From Candidatus Poribacteria bacterium (GTDB lineage Bacteria; Poribacteria; WGA-4E; WGA-3G): a stretch of 64,000 nucleotides of DNA. Where the stretch lies: the NCBI GenBank assembly GCA_965214095.1, contig OZ243938.1, positions 2,784,001 to 2,848,000 on the forward strand. Direction: 5' to 3'. Position 1 is the stretch's first letter, and every line of letters starts with the position of its first letter. Of the stretch, positions 1-10,401 are shown piece by piece. A program made the position numbers and the translations under genes. Under the pieces are notes generated by a model that was given only the letters and a program-made list of their open reading frames with translations, was not told where the DNA came from and searched no databases.

Positions 1-2311
1 GGTCCATAGCAGTTTCGCCGCTGTCTGGTGCCCACCCGTGGTATGTAGGAACAAAATTCGGATAGAGATCATAGTTTCCGTGATAACGTTCAACAATTAT
101 CTCTTTATAGTCATAGTGTGCATCACCGACGAGCAAAACATACGTTGGGGCTGGGGACTGCCATGTGTGATACGCATAACGTAAAAAGTGCTGTATTGAA
201 AATGGATTGAAAAGACTGAAGCCAAATTCGTTATAGATTTCGTCCATTTCCACAACTAAAACTCTTAAACCTTGTGAACGTCTAAATTCAACCAACGGTT
301 GTATGCTATCCAAAAATGTCTTATGGGTAATCACAATGTAGTCCGCTTGGTTAGCAGGACTTCGTAGCGTACTTGGTGGAATTTCAGTGAGGACTCCAAT
401 ACTTTTATAACCGTTGTTAGTAACGGCAAAATAATTGGTAAGTCGTTTTACATCGTCTTCAAACAATATCTGGTATCCGTTGGTTATAGGTGTTACCAAT
501 CCATCAGTCAGTTTTTCAGTCAAACCGCTGCTCCGACTCATTGCATAAAGATCAATTGTTTCGGATGAGAAGTTCGTGATTTTATACTGTGTTTTACCTT
601 CTACTTCGGGTTCTGTATCACTGTTAAATTCAAGGCGGTTCGAATCAGCACGAAAAGTATGCCAATAATCAAATTCGTACCAATCAATATAAAAATCATA
701 TTTTCCCGGTGGCGTGTTGTTTGAATCATTTGCTTCAATACGCAATTCATTGGTTGTAGTTGGATCAATTTTTCTCTGCGGAAAATCCCGTGTAACAATT
801 GGTGCTTGCTGTCGTGTCCATTCCGCTACCTGGCCGAGTTGCTCATTATTAAAAGCGATTACAGCTTTATGTTTCGCTCCATTTCTTCGCCAAGAACCTT
901 GTAACCTCACACGAAGCGTGGCATTTCTATTGAAGTTTTTATTTTCACGAGATACTGCCCGAGGAAGCTCAACTGGGAACTTTTTCGTCCTTATGTCAGA
1001 CCCATCACCTCTAAGACCAGTCCAAAAGTAGTGATCTACTAAATCAGATTTTACATTGGCATCATTTCCATCAAGCGGATCGTGATGTACGTTTTCCTCA
1101 AAACGTATTCTTGTTTTAAAAGCAAGCGGAGGTATGATGTCAGTGGCGACTGGTACTACCGAACGTGTACTGATGCGAAATGTGTCATCTATTTCTTGTG
1201 TATGTTCACTCCCTTTTTCGGAAAAACTGAATATATAAACATTTCTTTCAGTAAATTTGTTAACTATACCGCGTGCATAAAATACAATCATATCACCCGA
1301 ATCAAACGTATCATTCTGGTTATTATCAAAAATGTAATATCCTTGTCTACTACCACTTGTTTCTATCAAGACGGTATCAAAATCTATATCTTCTGGCGTA
1401 ACATCTGCTGATCGGAGGTTGTTATAGGTGATACGGTAGATATCGTTTCGCAAGATTGTTATTTTAAATCTTCTACGTGTTTGGGTTGGTGCGGCTGGGG
1501 CAGCTTGTATTCCCTTGGTATGCATCCGACCTAAACCTTGTCGCCAAGATCTCGCTTGTGTGTTGTTAATCAACATGGATCGGAATAGATCTTCATAAGC
1601 GGGGCTGTCGCTCAAAACGGATATTGGAGGTGTTAAGGCAGATTTTGGAGCACCGAAAAAATCAATACGAAATGTGATTTCTTCAGTGATTTTTATCTGT
1701 TGTGTGGTACTGTTATATTGTATTGGATGGACATGTAATGCGCCAATCCGCTGTGATCGCACAAATCCAACAGGAACAACTTGCACCATTTCAGCTGGAT
1801 ATAACGGAGAGTTATATGCCCCTGTTGATCCATTAAATTTCGATGCAGGAACATCTTCTTGATAAGCATCTGGGAAAAAAGGATCTTTTGCTTGATATGT
1901 GATGAGCGGATATTCTAATCTTTTAAAAGTACTCTGTTTATTAATTACCGTCGTTGATACACTGCTTGATGATGGCAACCCAACTTGTGCAGCGTAAGTA
2001 GGAAGTTTCGGCTTTCCTATTTCAGTTGTTGAGTTTGCACCATTGAATTGTACTTGTGTGAAGGTTTGTCCATTCTCTTGAACTTGCTGTATTTTAAGTT
2101 TGGGAAGACGGAACCTTAAGATAAGATAATGTGATTCTGTTTTTAAGACTTCTAAAAGATTATTTTGTGCATTGTGGGAATTGACGTTCAAACTCGGAGA
2201 TTGCAATCCATCAGTGGTCGGGTTGCATAACGCACCGACATTCACCTCAACTTGCAAAACTCCTATCATAAAACATAACAATAATATGAATAAATAACGT
2301 GTCTTTATCAT
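1..2311 (-). CDS. C25 family (gingipain/PorU-like) cysteine peptidase, secreted; runs off the left edge
   Basis: Not in the ORF track (no stop in window). Manual translation from ATG 2311, which overlaps the pdxA stop as ATGA: signal peptide MIKTRYLFILLLCFMIG, propeptide-like 'GKPKLP...LYPAEMVQVVPVGFVRSQRIGALHVHPIQYN', C25 motifs 'ADYIVITH', 'YVLLVGDAHYDYK', 'NFVPTY'. Confidence 0.8.
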   Translation of the reverse strand, partial: MIKTRYLFILLLCFMIGVLQVEVNVGALCNPTTDGLQSPSLNVNSHNAQNNLLEVLKTESHYLILRFRLPKLKIQQVQENGQTFTQVQFNGANSTTEIGKPKLPTYAAQVGLPSSSSVSTTVINKQSTFKRLEYPLITYQAKDPFFPDAYQEDVPASKFNGSTGAYNSPLYPAEMVQVVPVGFVRSQRIGALHVHPIQYNSTTQQIKITEEITFRIDFFGAPKSALTPPISVLSDSPAYEDLFRSMLINNTQARSWRQGLGRMHTKGIQAAPAAPTQTRRRFKITILRNDIYRITYNNLRSADVTPEDIDFDTVLIETSGSRQGYYIFDNNQNDTFDSGDMIVFYARGIVNKFTERNVYIFSFSEKGSEHTQEIDDTFRISTRSVVPVATDIIPPLAFKTRIRFEENVHHDPLDGNDANVKSDLVDHYFWTGLRGDGSDIRTKKFPVELPRAVSRENKNFNRNATLRVRLQGSWRRNGAKHKAVIAFNNEQLGQVAEWTRQQAPIVTRDFPQRKIDPTTTNELRIEANDSNNTPPGKYDFYIDWYEFDYWHTFRADSNRLEFNSDTEPEVEGKTQYKITNFSSETIDLYAMSRSSGLTEKLTDGLVTPITNGYQILFEDDVKRLTNYFAVTNNGYKSIGVLTEIPPSTLRSPANQADYIVITHKTFLDSIQPLVEFRRSQGLRVLVVEMDEIYNEFGFSLFNPFSIQHFLRYAYHTWQSPAPTYVLLVGDAHYDYKEIIVERYHGNYDLYPNFVPTYHGWAPDSGETAMD

Positions 2312-3393
2312 GAATTACTCGCTAATTGTGCTGCTGCTACTAATGCAGCGATAAGACTTTTTTCACTTGCTATACCTTGTCCCGCGATGTCAAACGCTGT
2401 ACCGTGGTCAACGCTTGTGCGGATGATTGGCAAACCTAATGTTATATTCACAATCTGTCCAAATCCAATCAACTTAATCGGTATATTACCTTGATCATGA
2501 TACATTACAATGACAACGTCCCATTCTCCCATTATTGCCTTTTTGAATAGTGTATCCGCTGGCAAAGGACCGTCTACTTGTAATCCTGTGGCCTGTGCCT
2601 GATTAATCGCTGGTATGAGACATGTCTGTTCTTCTTTTCCGAACATACCCTCTTCTCCTGCGTGTGGATTCAAACCTGCAACAACTAATCGAGGATTGGC
2701 AATACCGAATTGGACCAAGGTATCATGTGTTATTTGAATAACATCTACAATCCTTTCCACTGATAACTGCTGTGGGACCTCAGAAATCGGAATGTGACTT
2801 GTCACAAATGTAACCGTAAGTTCCTCTACTGTATTAGTAGTTATAGAACCGTTTTTCTTCTCTTTTTTTGTGCCAGTATTGAATTCAGAATTAAATTGGT
2901 TTGGGACGTTCCATGTTTTGAGCATCATAACAGTTTTTTCTGATTTTGTAAAATCTGCCAGCATTTCAGTGTGCCCGGGGAATTGTGAACCTGCGCGTTG
3001 TATCGCAGCCTTACAAATTGGCGCGGTAGTGACAGCATCAAACGCACCATCCATTGTGAGTTTCACAGCAGTCTCAATTGCCTGAATTGCTGCTGCACCG
3101 CATTGGGCATCAATTGTTCCAAACGAAATATCTTCAGGAGCTAACGTACTTACATCAAGCACATCAATCCTGCCGTACGATGTTGCAATGTGTTTTGGGG
3201 ACTGGATAAGCGAAACTTGGGGAGAAAAGTTTGTTGTGGTAATCAGTTTTAAGGCATTCTGGATTATAGCGACACTACCGATGACAATCGGATGACATAT
3301 CTGGTAGATGTTTTTGTTAGAAAGGGTTTTAACGATAATTTCCGGACCGATGCCGGCAGCATCTCCCATGGTTATCCCGATACGTGGCAACAT
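2308..3393 (-). CDS. pdxA: 4-hydroxythreonine-4-phosphate dehydrogenase PdxA
   Basis: ITMGDAAGIGPE, PGHTE, GLNPHAGE, MYHDQG, RTSVDHGTAFDIAG motifs. Confidence 0.93.
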   Translation of the reverse strand: MLPRIGITMGDAAGIGPEIIVKTLSNKNIYQICHPIVIGSVAIIQNALKLITTTNFSPQVSLIQSPKHIATSYGRIDVLDVSTLAPEDISFGTIDAQCGAAAIQAIETAVKLTMDGAFDAVTTAPICKAAIQRAGSQFPGHTEMLADFTKSEKTVMMLKTWNVPNQFNSEFNTGTKKEKKNGSITTNTVEELTVTFVTSHIPISEVPQQLSVERIVDVIQITHDTLVQFGIANPRLVVAGLNPHAGEEGMFGKEEQTCLIPAINQAQATGLQVDGPLPADTLFKKAIMGEWDVVIVMYHDQGNIPIKLIGFGQIVNITLGLPIIRTSVDHGTAFDIAGQGIASEKSLIAALVAAAQLASNS

Positions 3394-3436
3394 ATTTAGT
3401 TTCTTAGGGAATAATTTTTACAGTAATCATCTGTCC

Positions 3437-3700
3437 TTATTCAACGAGGCGATACAGTGTGGTAGCCCGGGCTTTAGACACATTTCCTGTAGGCACATCA
3501 AGAATCTCATAAGTCAATTCTTGTGCATCTTCAGTAGGCAAACGATCAGAAATGATAGTAATCCGATCCCCTATATTGACAGTTTTGCCTGCTTTTGTCG
3601 GCTGGTTGTTGAGTAGAACATTACCACGACTACACAACGTATTTGCAGCATTGCGTCTCTTAACAAGCCGCGAAAGTTGTAAAAACTTATCTACTCGCAT
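3437..3700 (-). CDS. S4-domain RNA-binding protein (Hsp15/YabO-like)
   Basis: MRVDKFLQLSRLVKRR...KAGKTVNIGDRI; ATG at 3700 preferred over the track start at 3715. Confidence 0.8.
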   Translation of the reverse strand: MRVDKFLQLSRLVKRRNAANTLCSRGNVLLNNQPTKAGKTVNIGDRITIISDRLPTEDAQELTYEILDVPTGNVSKARATTLYRLVE

Positions 3701-3740
3701 TTCAGTATCAACCAAGATTTAATTTACAAACAAAAGAGTG

Positions 3741-6254
3741 TTAGTTTCCAGTTTGTCCTATTGTGTCCGGGTTCTGTAGCGTTGCTTCGTCAACGGGGGG
3801 CGTAATTCCTTCTGGTTCAGTTTCAGGTGAATCATCAGTTTCTTTTATGAATGCCAATTCAAGCACTTGGGTAATATCGGTTACTTGATGCCATCTGATG
3901 TTCTCTCGTATCTCATCTGGAATGTCAGCAAGGTCTTTCTCATTGTCTTGCGGCATGATGATGTCAACAATCCCGTTACGATAAGCAGCGAGTGCTTTTT
4001 CTTTTAGTCCACCGATGGGAAGTACATGTCCGCGGAGGGTAATTTCTCCTGTCATAGCGACATCTTTGCGAACTTTTTTGCCTGTGATTGCACTGAGAAT
4101 CGCTGTTGCAACGGTGATACCTGCTGAAGGACCATCCTTCGGTACTGCCCCTTCAGGGATATGGATATGGATATCGTTTTTCTCAAATGTATCTTTGGTT
4201 ATATCAAAGTGGTCAGCGCGAGAGCGGAGATATGCTACAGCAGTTTGCACGGATTCTCGCATCACATCTTGGAGTTGGCCCGTCATATCCAACTTACCTT
4301 CTCCCGGCATAAGTGTTGCTTCAACAGAGACAATATCTCCAGCGACTTGTGTCCAGACCATTCCTGTTGAGACACCGACTTCGTCTTGTTCTTGGGCTTT
4401 AGTCCGCACCCACTTTGGTGGACCAAGGTAGTCACTGATATTCAATGTATTGATTTTTACCTTCAGATCCGGTGTATCGTCTGTTACGATCTGTTTTGCG
4501 ATTTTTCTACAGACACTGGTAATAGTACGTTCAAGACTTCGTACCCCTGCTTCACGCGTATATTTATGGATGATGTCAAAGATAGCAGAATCCTCAAACG
4601 TTATATTATCTTCCTTTAGTCCATGGTTATTCAGCTGTTTCGGAATTAGTCCGTTAGGATGGAAAGTCGCAATTTTGTGTTTCTCAAAATCGGTATATCC
4701 CGGCAGTTCAATGACTTCCATTCTGTCTTCAAGAGCGGGCGGTATTGTAATACGCGTATTCGCTGTTGTTACGAACATGACATCCGATAGATCAAATTCA
4801 ACATCCAGATAGTGATCTCTGAAGGTTTCATTCTGTTCAGGATCAAGTACTTCAAGGAGTGCTGATGCAGGGTCACCACGCCAATCGGAACTCAACTTAT
4901 CAATCTCATCAAGCAGGAAAAGCGGATTTTTTGTCTTGACATCGCGCAACCCCTGTATGATGCGTCCGGGAATAGCCCCGATATATGTCCTTCTGTGTCC
5001 GCGTATCTCTGCCTCATCACGTACACCACCGAGAGACATCCGAACAAATTTCCTACCAGTTGCACGGGCGATCGATTTACCTAACGATGTTTTTCCAACA
5101 CCCGGCGGTCCGACTAAACAAAGAATAGGTCCTTTTAACTTCTCAACCAATTTTAAGACAGCAAGGTATTCCAAGACATTTGTTTTGGGTTTATCCAATC
5201 CGTAATGGTCTTCGTTAAGAATCTTTTCTGCATTATCAAGTTCAATTGCATTTTCAGTCCGTTCCTTCCACGGTACTGCAAGAAGCCAATCAACGTAGTT
5301 ACGAATCACTCCGGACTCCGCAGACATAGGGGGTATTTGGGCAAGTCTGCTGAGTTCCTTGAGTGCTTTTGTTTCCGCTTCTTCAGTCATTCCAGCATTT
5401 TTGACCTGCTCGCGTAGATCATCAATATCATCAATATCATCTTCTCGTCCAAGTTCCTTCTGAATTGCTTTCATCTTTTCCTGAAGTACGAATTCACGAT
5501 GAGATTTCCTGACAGACTCACCCACCTTATTTTCAATTTCCTCATCCAAGTCAAACAGATCGAGTTCTGTTTCAAGAAGGGTAACAACATAATTGAGACG
5601 TTTGATAGGATTCAGTTCCTCAAGGATTTCCTGCCGTTTATCAGGGGATGGAAAAGCATTTTCTGTATATTGTGAAACATAACGCGTGATATTATCTGCC
5701 ACAATTCCAGGTTCCACGATCTCACGTATGTGTTTTTCTATGTCAGGTATGATACGTTTAGAAAGCGATTTTATATAACCACGAAAAATCTTCTTCGCCT
5801 CATCAATTTGGGTCTTAGAAACGTCTGCTACCCCTGTGAGTTCAGAAACGATTTTGACAGTTGCAGTTAAATAACCTTCATCCTGTGTGCATTGTGCGAC
5901 AATTGCGCGAGAGGTCGTCTCTATGGCAATACGAATCGTACCGTTCTTCGGGTCATGATCTTGTATAATATTCGCTACGATTCCGACAGAATGTAGGTCG
6001 TCGGGTTTAGGTTCTACATCTTTCTCAAGTTCAGTTTTTTGGTGTAGGAGCAAGACCTTCCAATTCGATGTGAGTGCTGCCTGGGCGGCAAGGACTCCCA
6101 TTTTTCGCTGGATGGTCAACGGAGTCCAATCCACCAACCTGTTATCAAGGAAAGCTTTCGTTTTTGGAAAAAAGGTATCAAAATGTGGTGGTAACGCGAT
6201 AACAGGCAACACAACAGCCGATTCGTTTTCATGTCTGACAGGCTCTTGACTCAT
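3741..6254 (-). CDS. lon: ATP-dependent protease La (Lon)
   Basis: GPPGVGKTS Walker A, RGHRRTYIGA, PKDGPSAG catalytic Ser, GGLKEK. Confidence 0.97.
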   Translation of the reverse strand: MSQEPVRHENESAVVLPVIALPPHFDTFFPKTKAFLDNRLVDWTPLTIQRKMGVLAAQAALTSNWKVLLLHQKTELEKDVEPKPDDLHSVGIVANIIQDHDPKNGTIRIAIETTSRAIVAQCTQDEGYLTATVKIVSELTGVADVSKTQIDEAKKIFRGYIKSLSKRIIPDIEKHIREIVEPGIVADNITRYVSQYTENAFPSPDKRQEILEELNPIKRLNYVVTLLETELDLFDLDEEIENKVGESVRKSHREFVLQEKMKAIQKELGREDDIDDIDDLREQVKNAGMTEEAETKALKELSRLAQIPPMSAESGVIRNYVDWLLAVPWKERTENAIELDNAEKILNEDHYGLDKPKTNVLEYLAVLKLVEKLKGPILCLVGPPGVGKTSLGKSIARATGRKFVRMSLGGVRDEAEIRGHRRTYIGAIPGRIIQGLRDVKTKNPLFLLDEIDKLSSDWRGDPASALLEVLDPEQNETFRDHYLDVEFDLSDVMFVTTANTRITIPPALEDRMEVIELPGYTDFEKHKIATFHPNGLIPKQLNNHGLKEDNITFEDSAIFDIIHKYTREAGVRSLERTITSVCRKIAKQIVTDDTPDLKVKINTLNISDYLGPPKWVRTKAQEQDEVGVSTGMVWTQVAGDIVSVEATLMPGEGKLDMTGQLQDVMRESVQTAVAYLRSRADHFDITKDTFEKNDIHIHIPEGAVPKDGPSAGITVATAILSAITGKKVRKDVAMTGEITLRGHVLPIGGLKEKALAAYRNGIVDIIMPQDNEKDLADIPDEIRENIRWHQVTDITQVLELAFIKETDDSPETEPEGITPPVDEATLQNPDTIGQTGN

Positions 6255-6265
6255 AGTTTGCTCCT

Positions 6266-7555
6266 TTATGCGGTTTTGAGTTCTTCAGAAGAAGTTTCAA
6301 CTAATTCAGGAGGACTTTTACCTAAAACACTATCTTTGGTAATCTGACATGTCTGGACTTCCGAAAGTGATGGGATCCGATACATTGTTTCCAGCATGAT
6401 TTTTTCCATAACTGCGCGTAATCCACGAGCACCCGTTTCGCGTTCAATCACCTGATTGGCAATCGCTGAAAGCGCATCATCGGTTACATCAAACTGCACA
6501 CCTTCATAGGCTAAAAGTTGCTGATATTGTTTAACAATCGCGTTTTTCGGCTCGGTGAGAATCCTGATAAGGGCAGATTCATCAAGTTCTTGGAGAATCG
6601 CAACTACAGGGAGTCTACCAATAAGTTCGGGGATAAAACCATATTTTATCAGATCCTTAGCCGTGGTATGCTCAATTATTTCGTGAATTTTCTGTTGTTG
6701 TTTGGATTTGATGGTTGAACCAAAACCTATGCTCTGTTTCCCAAGTCGACTTTTGATAAGGTTCTCTAAACCGATGAAAGTACCACCACAAATAAAAAGC
6801 ACATTCTTAGTATCAACCTCTAACATCTCTTGGTGGGGGTGTTTTCTTCCACCACGTGGTGGAACACTCGCTACGGTGCCTTCTAAAATCTTTAGAAGTG
6901 CTTGCTGTACCCCTTCACCCGAAACATCCCGAGTAATTGATGGATTTTCGGATTTGCGGGTTATCTTGTCAATTTCGTCTATGTAAATAATACCCGTTTG
7001 AGCACGTTTGATGTTTCCATCCGCTGCTTGAACGAGTTTCAAAATTATGTTCTCTACATCTTCACCGACATAACCGGCTTCCGTAACGGTTGTTGCATCT
7101 GCAATTGCAAAAGGAACATTCAATACTTTGGCAAGCGTTTGTGCAAGCAGTGTTTTACCGGTACCAGTTGGTCCGATTAGCAAGATGTTACTTTTGTCTA
7201 GTTCAATATCATTTGCCTTATCATGTTGCAATCGTTTATAGTGTGTGTAAACAGCGACAGAAAGAATCTTTTTAGCATGTTCCTGTCCAATAACGTATTC
7301 ATCAAGTTTTGCCTTAATTTCTGATGGTTCAAGCAGTAAGACCGGAGGTTCAACGTCTTCCTCTTCTGGTTCATCAACGTCAGGAGGTTGTTCAGGCAAA
7401 TCTACAGCGGGATTTCCTTTAGCGAGTATTCTATTACACTCATTGACACAAACATCGCATATCATTGCTTCTGCCCCCTGAAGGAGTTCAGATACTTGAC
7501 TGCGTTCTCTATTACAGAATGAACAAAACATTCTGTTATCAATTGATTCTGACAT
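6266..7555 (-). CDS. clpX: ATP-dependent Clp protease ATPase subunit ClpX
   Basis: CSFC...ICDVC zinc finger, [27 protein letters not shown] loop. Confidence 0.97.
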   Translation of the reverse strand: MSESIDNRMFCSFCNRERSQVSELLQGAEAMICDVCVNECNRILAKGNPAVDLPEQPPDVDEPEEEDVEPPVLLLEPSEIKAKLDEYVIGQEHAKKILSVAVYTHYKRLQHDKANDIELDKSNILLIGPTGTGKTLLAQTLAKVLNVPFAIADATTVTEAGYVGEDVENIILKLVQAADGNIKRAQTGIIYIDEIDKITRKSENPSITRDVSGEGVQQALLKILEGTVASVPPRGGRKHPHQEMLEVDTKNVLFICGGTFIGLENLIKSRLGKQSIGFGSTIKSKQQQKIHEIIEHTTAKDLIKYGFIPELIGRLPVVAILQELDESALIRILTEPKNAIVKQYQQLLAYEGVQFDVTDDALSAIANQVIERETGARGLRAVMEKIMLETMYRIPSLSEVQTCQITKDSVLGKSPPELVETSSEELKTA

Positions 7556-7641
7556 TCTATCCTCCGACTTCTTTCCCGATAATGCGTTATATAAAAGTTG
7601 GCATGTCTTATTTGAAAGTGTAGAACATACGAATTTGATAG

Positions 7642-8232
7642 TTATTGACGATGTGCTACAACAGTATCAACAATGCCATAGTCCAAGGCTTCTGAAGCTG
7701 TCATATAAAAATCTCGGTCAGCATCCTTTTCTATTTTTTCTAAACTTTGTCCAGTATGCTGTGCTAACAGCGTGTAAAGCCGTTCACGTTCACGCAAGAT
7801 TTCATTCGCATGAATACTGATATCCGTTGCTTGTCCACTAATTCCACCCGCCATGGGTTGATGAATTAGTGCTTTTGAATGCGGCAAAGCGTATCTTTTA
7901 CCTGGGGTTCCCGCAGCCAATAAGACTGCTCCCATGCTGTAGGCGCGTCCTAAACACCATGTTTGAACATCCGCCTTGATATACTGCATTGTATCGTATA
8001 TGGCTAAACCCGCTGAAACCGACCCACCCGGAGTATTGAGATATAATATAATATCTGCATCCGGGTCTTTCCCCTCAAGAAAAAGCATTTGTGCTGTAAC
8101 CAAATTCGCAACAGTGTCATCTTCTATGGGAGATCCGATCATTATAATTCGGTCTTCCAACAACCGAGAATATATGTCATAAGACCTTTCGCCTCGATTT
8201 GTTTGTTCAACAACAAAGGGTACAAGATTCAT
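7642..8232 (-). CDS. clpP: ATP-dependent Clp protease proteolytic subunit
   Basis: [30 protein letters not shown]. Confidence 0.97.
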   Translation of the reverse strand: MNLVPFVVEQTNRGERSYDIYSRLLEDRIIMIGSPIEDDTVANLVTAQMLFLEGKDPDADIILYLNTPGGSVSAGLAIYDTMQYIKADVQTWCLGRAYSMGAVLLAAGTPGKRYALPHSKALIHQPMAGGISGQATDISIHANEILRERERLYTLLAQHTGQSLEKIEKDADRDFYMTASEALDYGIVDTVVAHRQ

Positions 8233-8236
8233 TAAA

Positions 8237-9544
8237 CTAACCCGTAATAATAATACTCTTTTTTTCTGATGATTGCTGAATTAGAAAATCGTAAATCTTT
8301 TCGTGCTGGAGTCCAATTCTAAATTCTTCCATACGATTGCTTGTTTTCAGCAAATCGGCATATCTATAGACATCCTGATTCAATTGCTGGGCAGCCCGTC
8401 GTATTTCCCAATCTAACTCATCTTCAGTCACATATATACCTTCCACATCAGAGATTTCTTCAAAAATCCAATTCTGTTTAGTCTGCTTAATCACATTCTC
8501 ACGCAATTCTGCTGGATAGGTCTCCATATTGATGCCAGCATCTTCGGGCGTCTTTCCTTCTGTTTTTAACTGTTTTTGTAAATTCTCAAGTGTTTGCTGA
8601 ACATGTTTGTCAATCAATTCATCTGGAATTTTTATATCAATCTTTTCAATAAGTTGTTCAAGTATCTGTTCCTTTTGCTGCTCAACATGTAATATTCGCT
8701 GATTTTCAACCATTGTGTTCCAGATAACACCGTGCATCTGATTATATGTTTCGTATCCGAGGTCCTTTGCGAATTCATCATCAAGTGCCGGTAGGTGTTT
8801 CACTGTGATTGCATGTAGTGAAACATCAAAGGACACCGTTTTTCCTGCCAGTGCAGCTACTGGGTATGCTGCATCAAAATCAACCTCAATGATCTTCGTA
8901 TCACCGACACACATCCCAATAAGACCAGAAACCAAATCCGGTTGGATCTCTTCAGACATTAGGTCAATATCTATATCCTGTGCTGATTCACTGTCAAGTT
9001 CTTCACCATCTACGGTGCATATCCAATCTACACGCACACAATCTGTTGCTTCAACAGCACGGTCTTCTTCAATCGGTTCATAAGTAGCCGATTGCATTTG
9101 TAAACGTTTAATATGCGCTTCCACATCTTCACGCGGAACATTAACTGCTGTCTTGTCAGTTATGATTTCTTCGTAGTCAGGAAGAGTAATCTTCGGTCTT
9201 ACATTAACAGTCGCTGAGAATACAAAGGGTTGATTCTCTGTGACCTTCATCTCTTGCAGGGGTGGATCAAAAGTGGGTTGATCAAGAGGTATAAGTTCTT
9301 CGTCTATCAGGGCATCTTCAAATGCGGGCAAAACAAGCTGATTAACAACTTCGCTATTGATATGGTCCGGGAAACGAGACTTGATTATAGCTAAAGGAGC
9401 GCGTCCTTTTCTAAACCCCGGAAGTGATACATAATTCCGCAATACCTGGTACGCTTCTTGTAATTTTTCGTCTACATCTTCTGCAGGAACCTCAATCTTT
9501 AATCTGACTTGTGTGTTATCAAGCGTTTCAACATCAACTATCAA
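8237..9544 (-). CDS. tig: Trigger factor
   Basis: PGFRKGRAP ribosome-binding signature, FKBP-like middle region; tig-clpP-clpX-lon synteny. Confidence 0.93.
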   Translation of the reverse strand: MIVDVETLDNTQVRLKIEVPAEDVDEKLQEAYQVLRNYVSLPGFRKGRAPLAIIKSRFPDHINSEVVNQLVLPAFEDALIDEELIPLDQPTFDPPLQEMKVTENQPFVFSATVNVRPKITLPDYEEIITDKTAVNVPREDVEAHIKRLQMQSATYEPIEEDRAVEATDCVRVDWICTVDGEELDSESAQDIDIDLMSEEIQPDLVSGLIGMCVGDTKIIEVDFDAAYPVAALAGKTVSFDVSLHAITVKHLPALDDEFAKDLGYETYNQMHGVIWNTMVENQRILHVEQQKEQILEQLIEKIDIKIPDELIDKHVQQTLENLQKQLKTEGKTPEDAGINMETYPAELRENVIKQTKQNWIFEEISDVEGIYVTEDELDWEIRRAAQQLNQDVYRYADLLKTSNRMEEFRIGLQHEKIYDFLIQQSSEKKSIIITG

Positions 9545-9686
9545 GGTGGTATCTCCCTTTATCAGCTCACAATAAGGTAGGTCTTGTATGGTACATCAAT
9601 TTCCTATATGTATTGAGGCAAACAACGCATCATAAGTGCAATAATGTTGGAGCATCACTTTTACTCACACCGTGTTGTGATATAAG

Positions 9687-9772
9687 TGGGCGAGGAGGGA
9701 CTTGAACCCTCACGAGGCATAACCCCAATAGATCCTAAGTCTATCCTGTCTACCAAATTCCAGCACCCGCCC
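9687..9772 (-). tRNA. tRNA-Leu(TAG)
   Basis: GGGCGGG...CTCGCCC-A acceptor stem, CT-TAG-GA anticodon loop, long variable arm, GGTTCAAGTCC T-arm; CCA not encoded. Confidence 0.92.
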
Positions 9773-9852
9773 TTTATCTGACACTCAAAGTAAAGTAGTC
9801 CATCTCTATAGAAAGTTTACCATACGTGCATCTGTTCGTTAGATAGAACGGA

Positions 9853-9925
9853 TGCGCCGTAAAGGAATCGAACCTTCAACCCTCTGATTAAGAGTCAGAT
9901 GCTCTGCCAATTGAGCTAACGGCGC
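9853..9925 (-). tRNA. tRNA-Lys(CTT)
   Basis: GCGCCGTTAGCTCAATTGGCAGAGC, GACT-CTT-AATC, GGTTCGATTCC. Confidence 0.93.
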
Positions 9926-9926
9926 C

Positions 9927-9999
9927 CGCGTCCGGAGGGACTCGAACCCCCAACTTATAGCTCCGAAGGCTATTGCTCTATCCATTGAACTACGGACGC
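9927..9999 (-). tRNA. tRNA-Arg(TCG)
   Basis: GCGTCCGTAGTTCAATGGATAGAGC, GCCT-TCG-GAGC, GGTTCGAGTCC. Confidence 0.92.
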
Positions 10000-10007
10000 A
10001 TCTAAAA

Positions 10008-10080
10008 GGTGGATGATGGGGATTGAACCCACGGCCTCCTGATCCACAGTCAGGCGCTCTACCCCTGAGCTACATCCACC
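10008..10080 (-). tRNA. tRNA-His(GTG)
   Basis: G-1 plus GTGGATG...CATCCAC-C, GACT-GTG-GATC. Confidence 0.93.
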
Positions 10081-10090
10081 ACGTTCAATA

Positions 10091-10164
10091 CACGCCTAGC
10101 AGGACTCGAACCTGCAACCCACAGCTTAGAAGGCTGTTGCTCTATCCAATTGAGCTATAGGCGC
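10091..10164 (-). tRNA. tRNA-Arg(TCT)
   Basis: GCGCCTATAGCTCAATTGGATAGAGC, GCCT-TCT-AAGC, GGTTCGAGTCC. Confidence 0.93.
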
Positions 10165-10173
10165 ATGTGGAAA

Positions 10174-10248
10174 TCGGGGTGAGAGGATTCGAACCTCCGA
10201 CCTTCTGCTCCCAAAGCAGACGCGCTAGCCGGGCTGCGCTACACCCCG
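10174..10248 (-). tRNA. tRNA-Pro(TGG)
   Basis: CGGGGTG...CACCCCG-A, GCTT-TGG-GAGC, GGTTCGAATCC. Confidence 0.93.
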
Positions 10249-10283
10249 ATAAGTAAAGACTTTATTTCAAATTATGTGGTTAT

Positions 10284-10312
10284 ATTATAATACAAAACCT
10301 TCACTATTGCAA
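10284..10312 (-). promoter_or_regulatory. sigma-70-type promoter of the tRNA/tig operon
   Basis: TTGCAA-N17-TATAAT on the minus strand just upstream of tRNA-Pro. Confidence 0.7.
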
Positions 10313-10328
10313 ATTAATCGTCACATTC

Positions 10329-10357
10329 TTGCCATATTTTAGATGGTCTGATATAAT
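10329..10357 (+). promoter_or_regulatory. divergent sigma-70-type promoter for the DUF58 gene
   Basis: TTGCCA-N17-TATAAT. Confidence 0.65.
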
Positions 10358-10401
10358 GGAATCAGAAGGAAAATCGCTAATCTTAAAGTGGACAAAATGC
10401 T

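Noticed and set aside
601-1862. Short ORFs at 601-1862 and those within 58396-63289
   Set aside because: They are shadows of two long genes that run off the window edges
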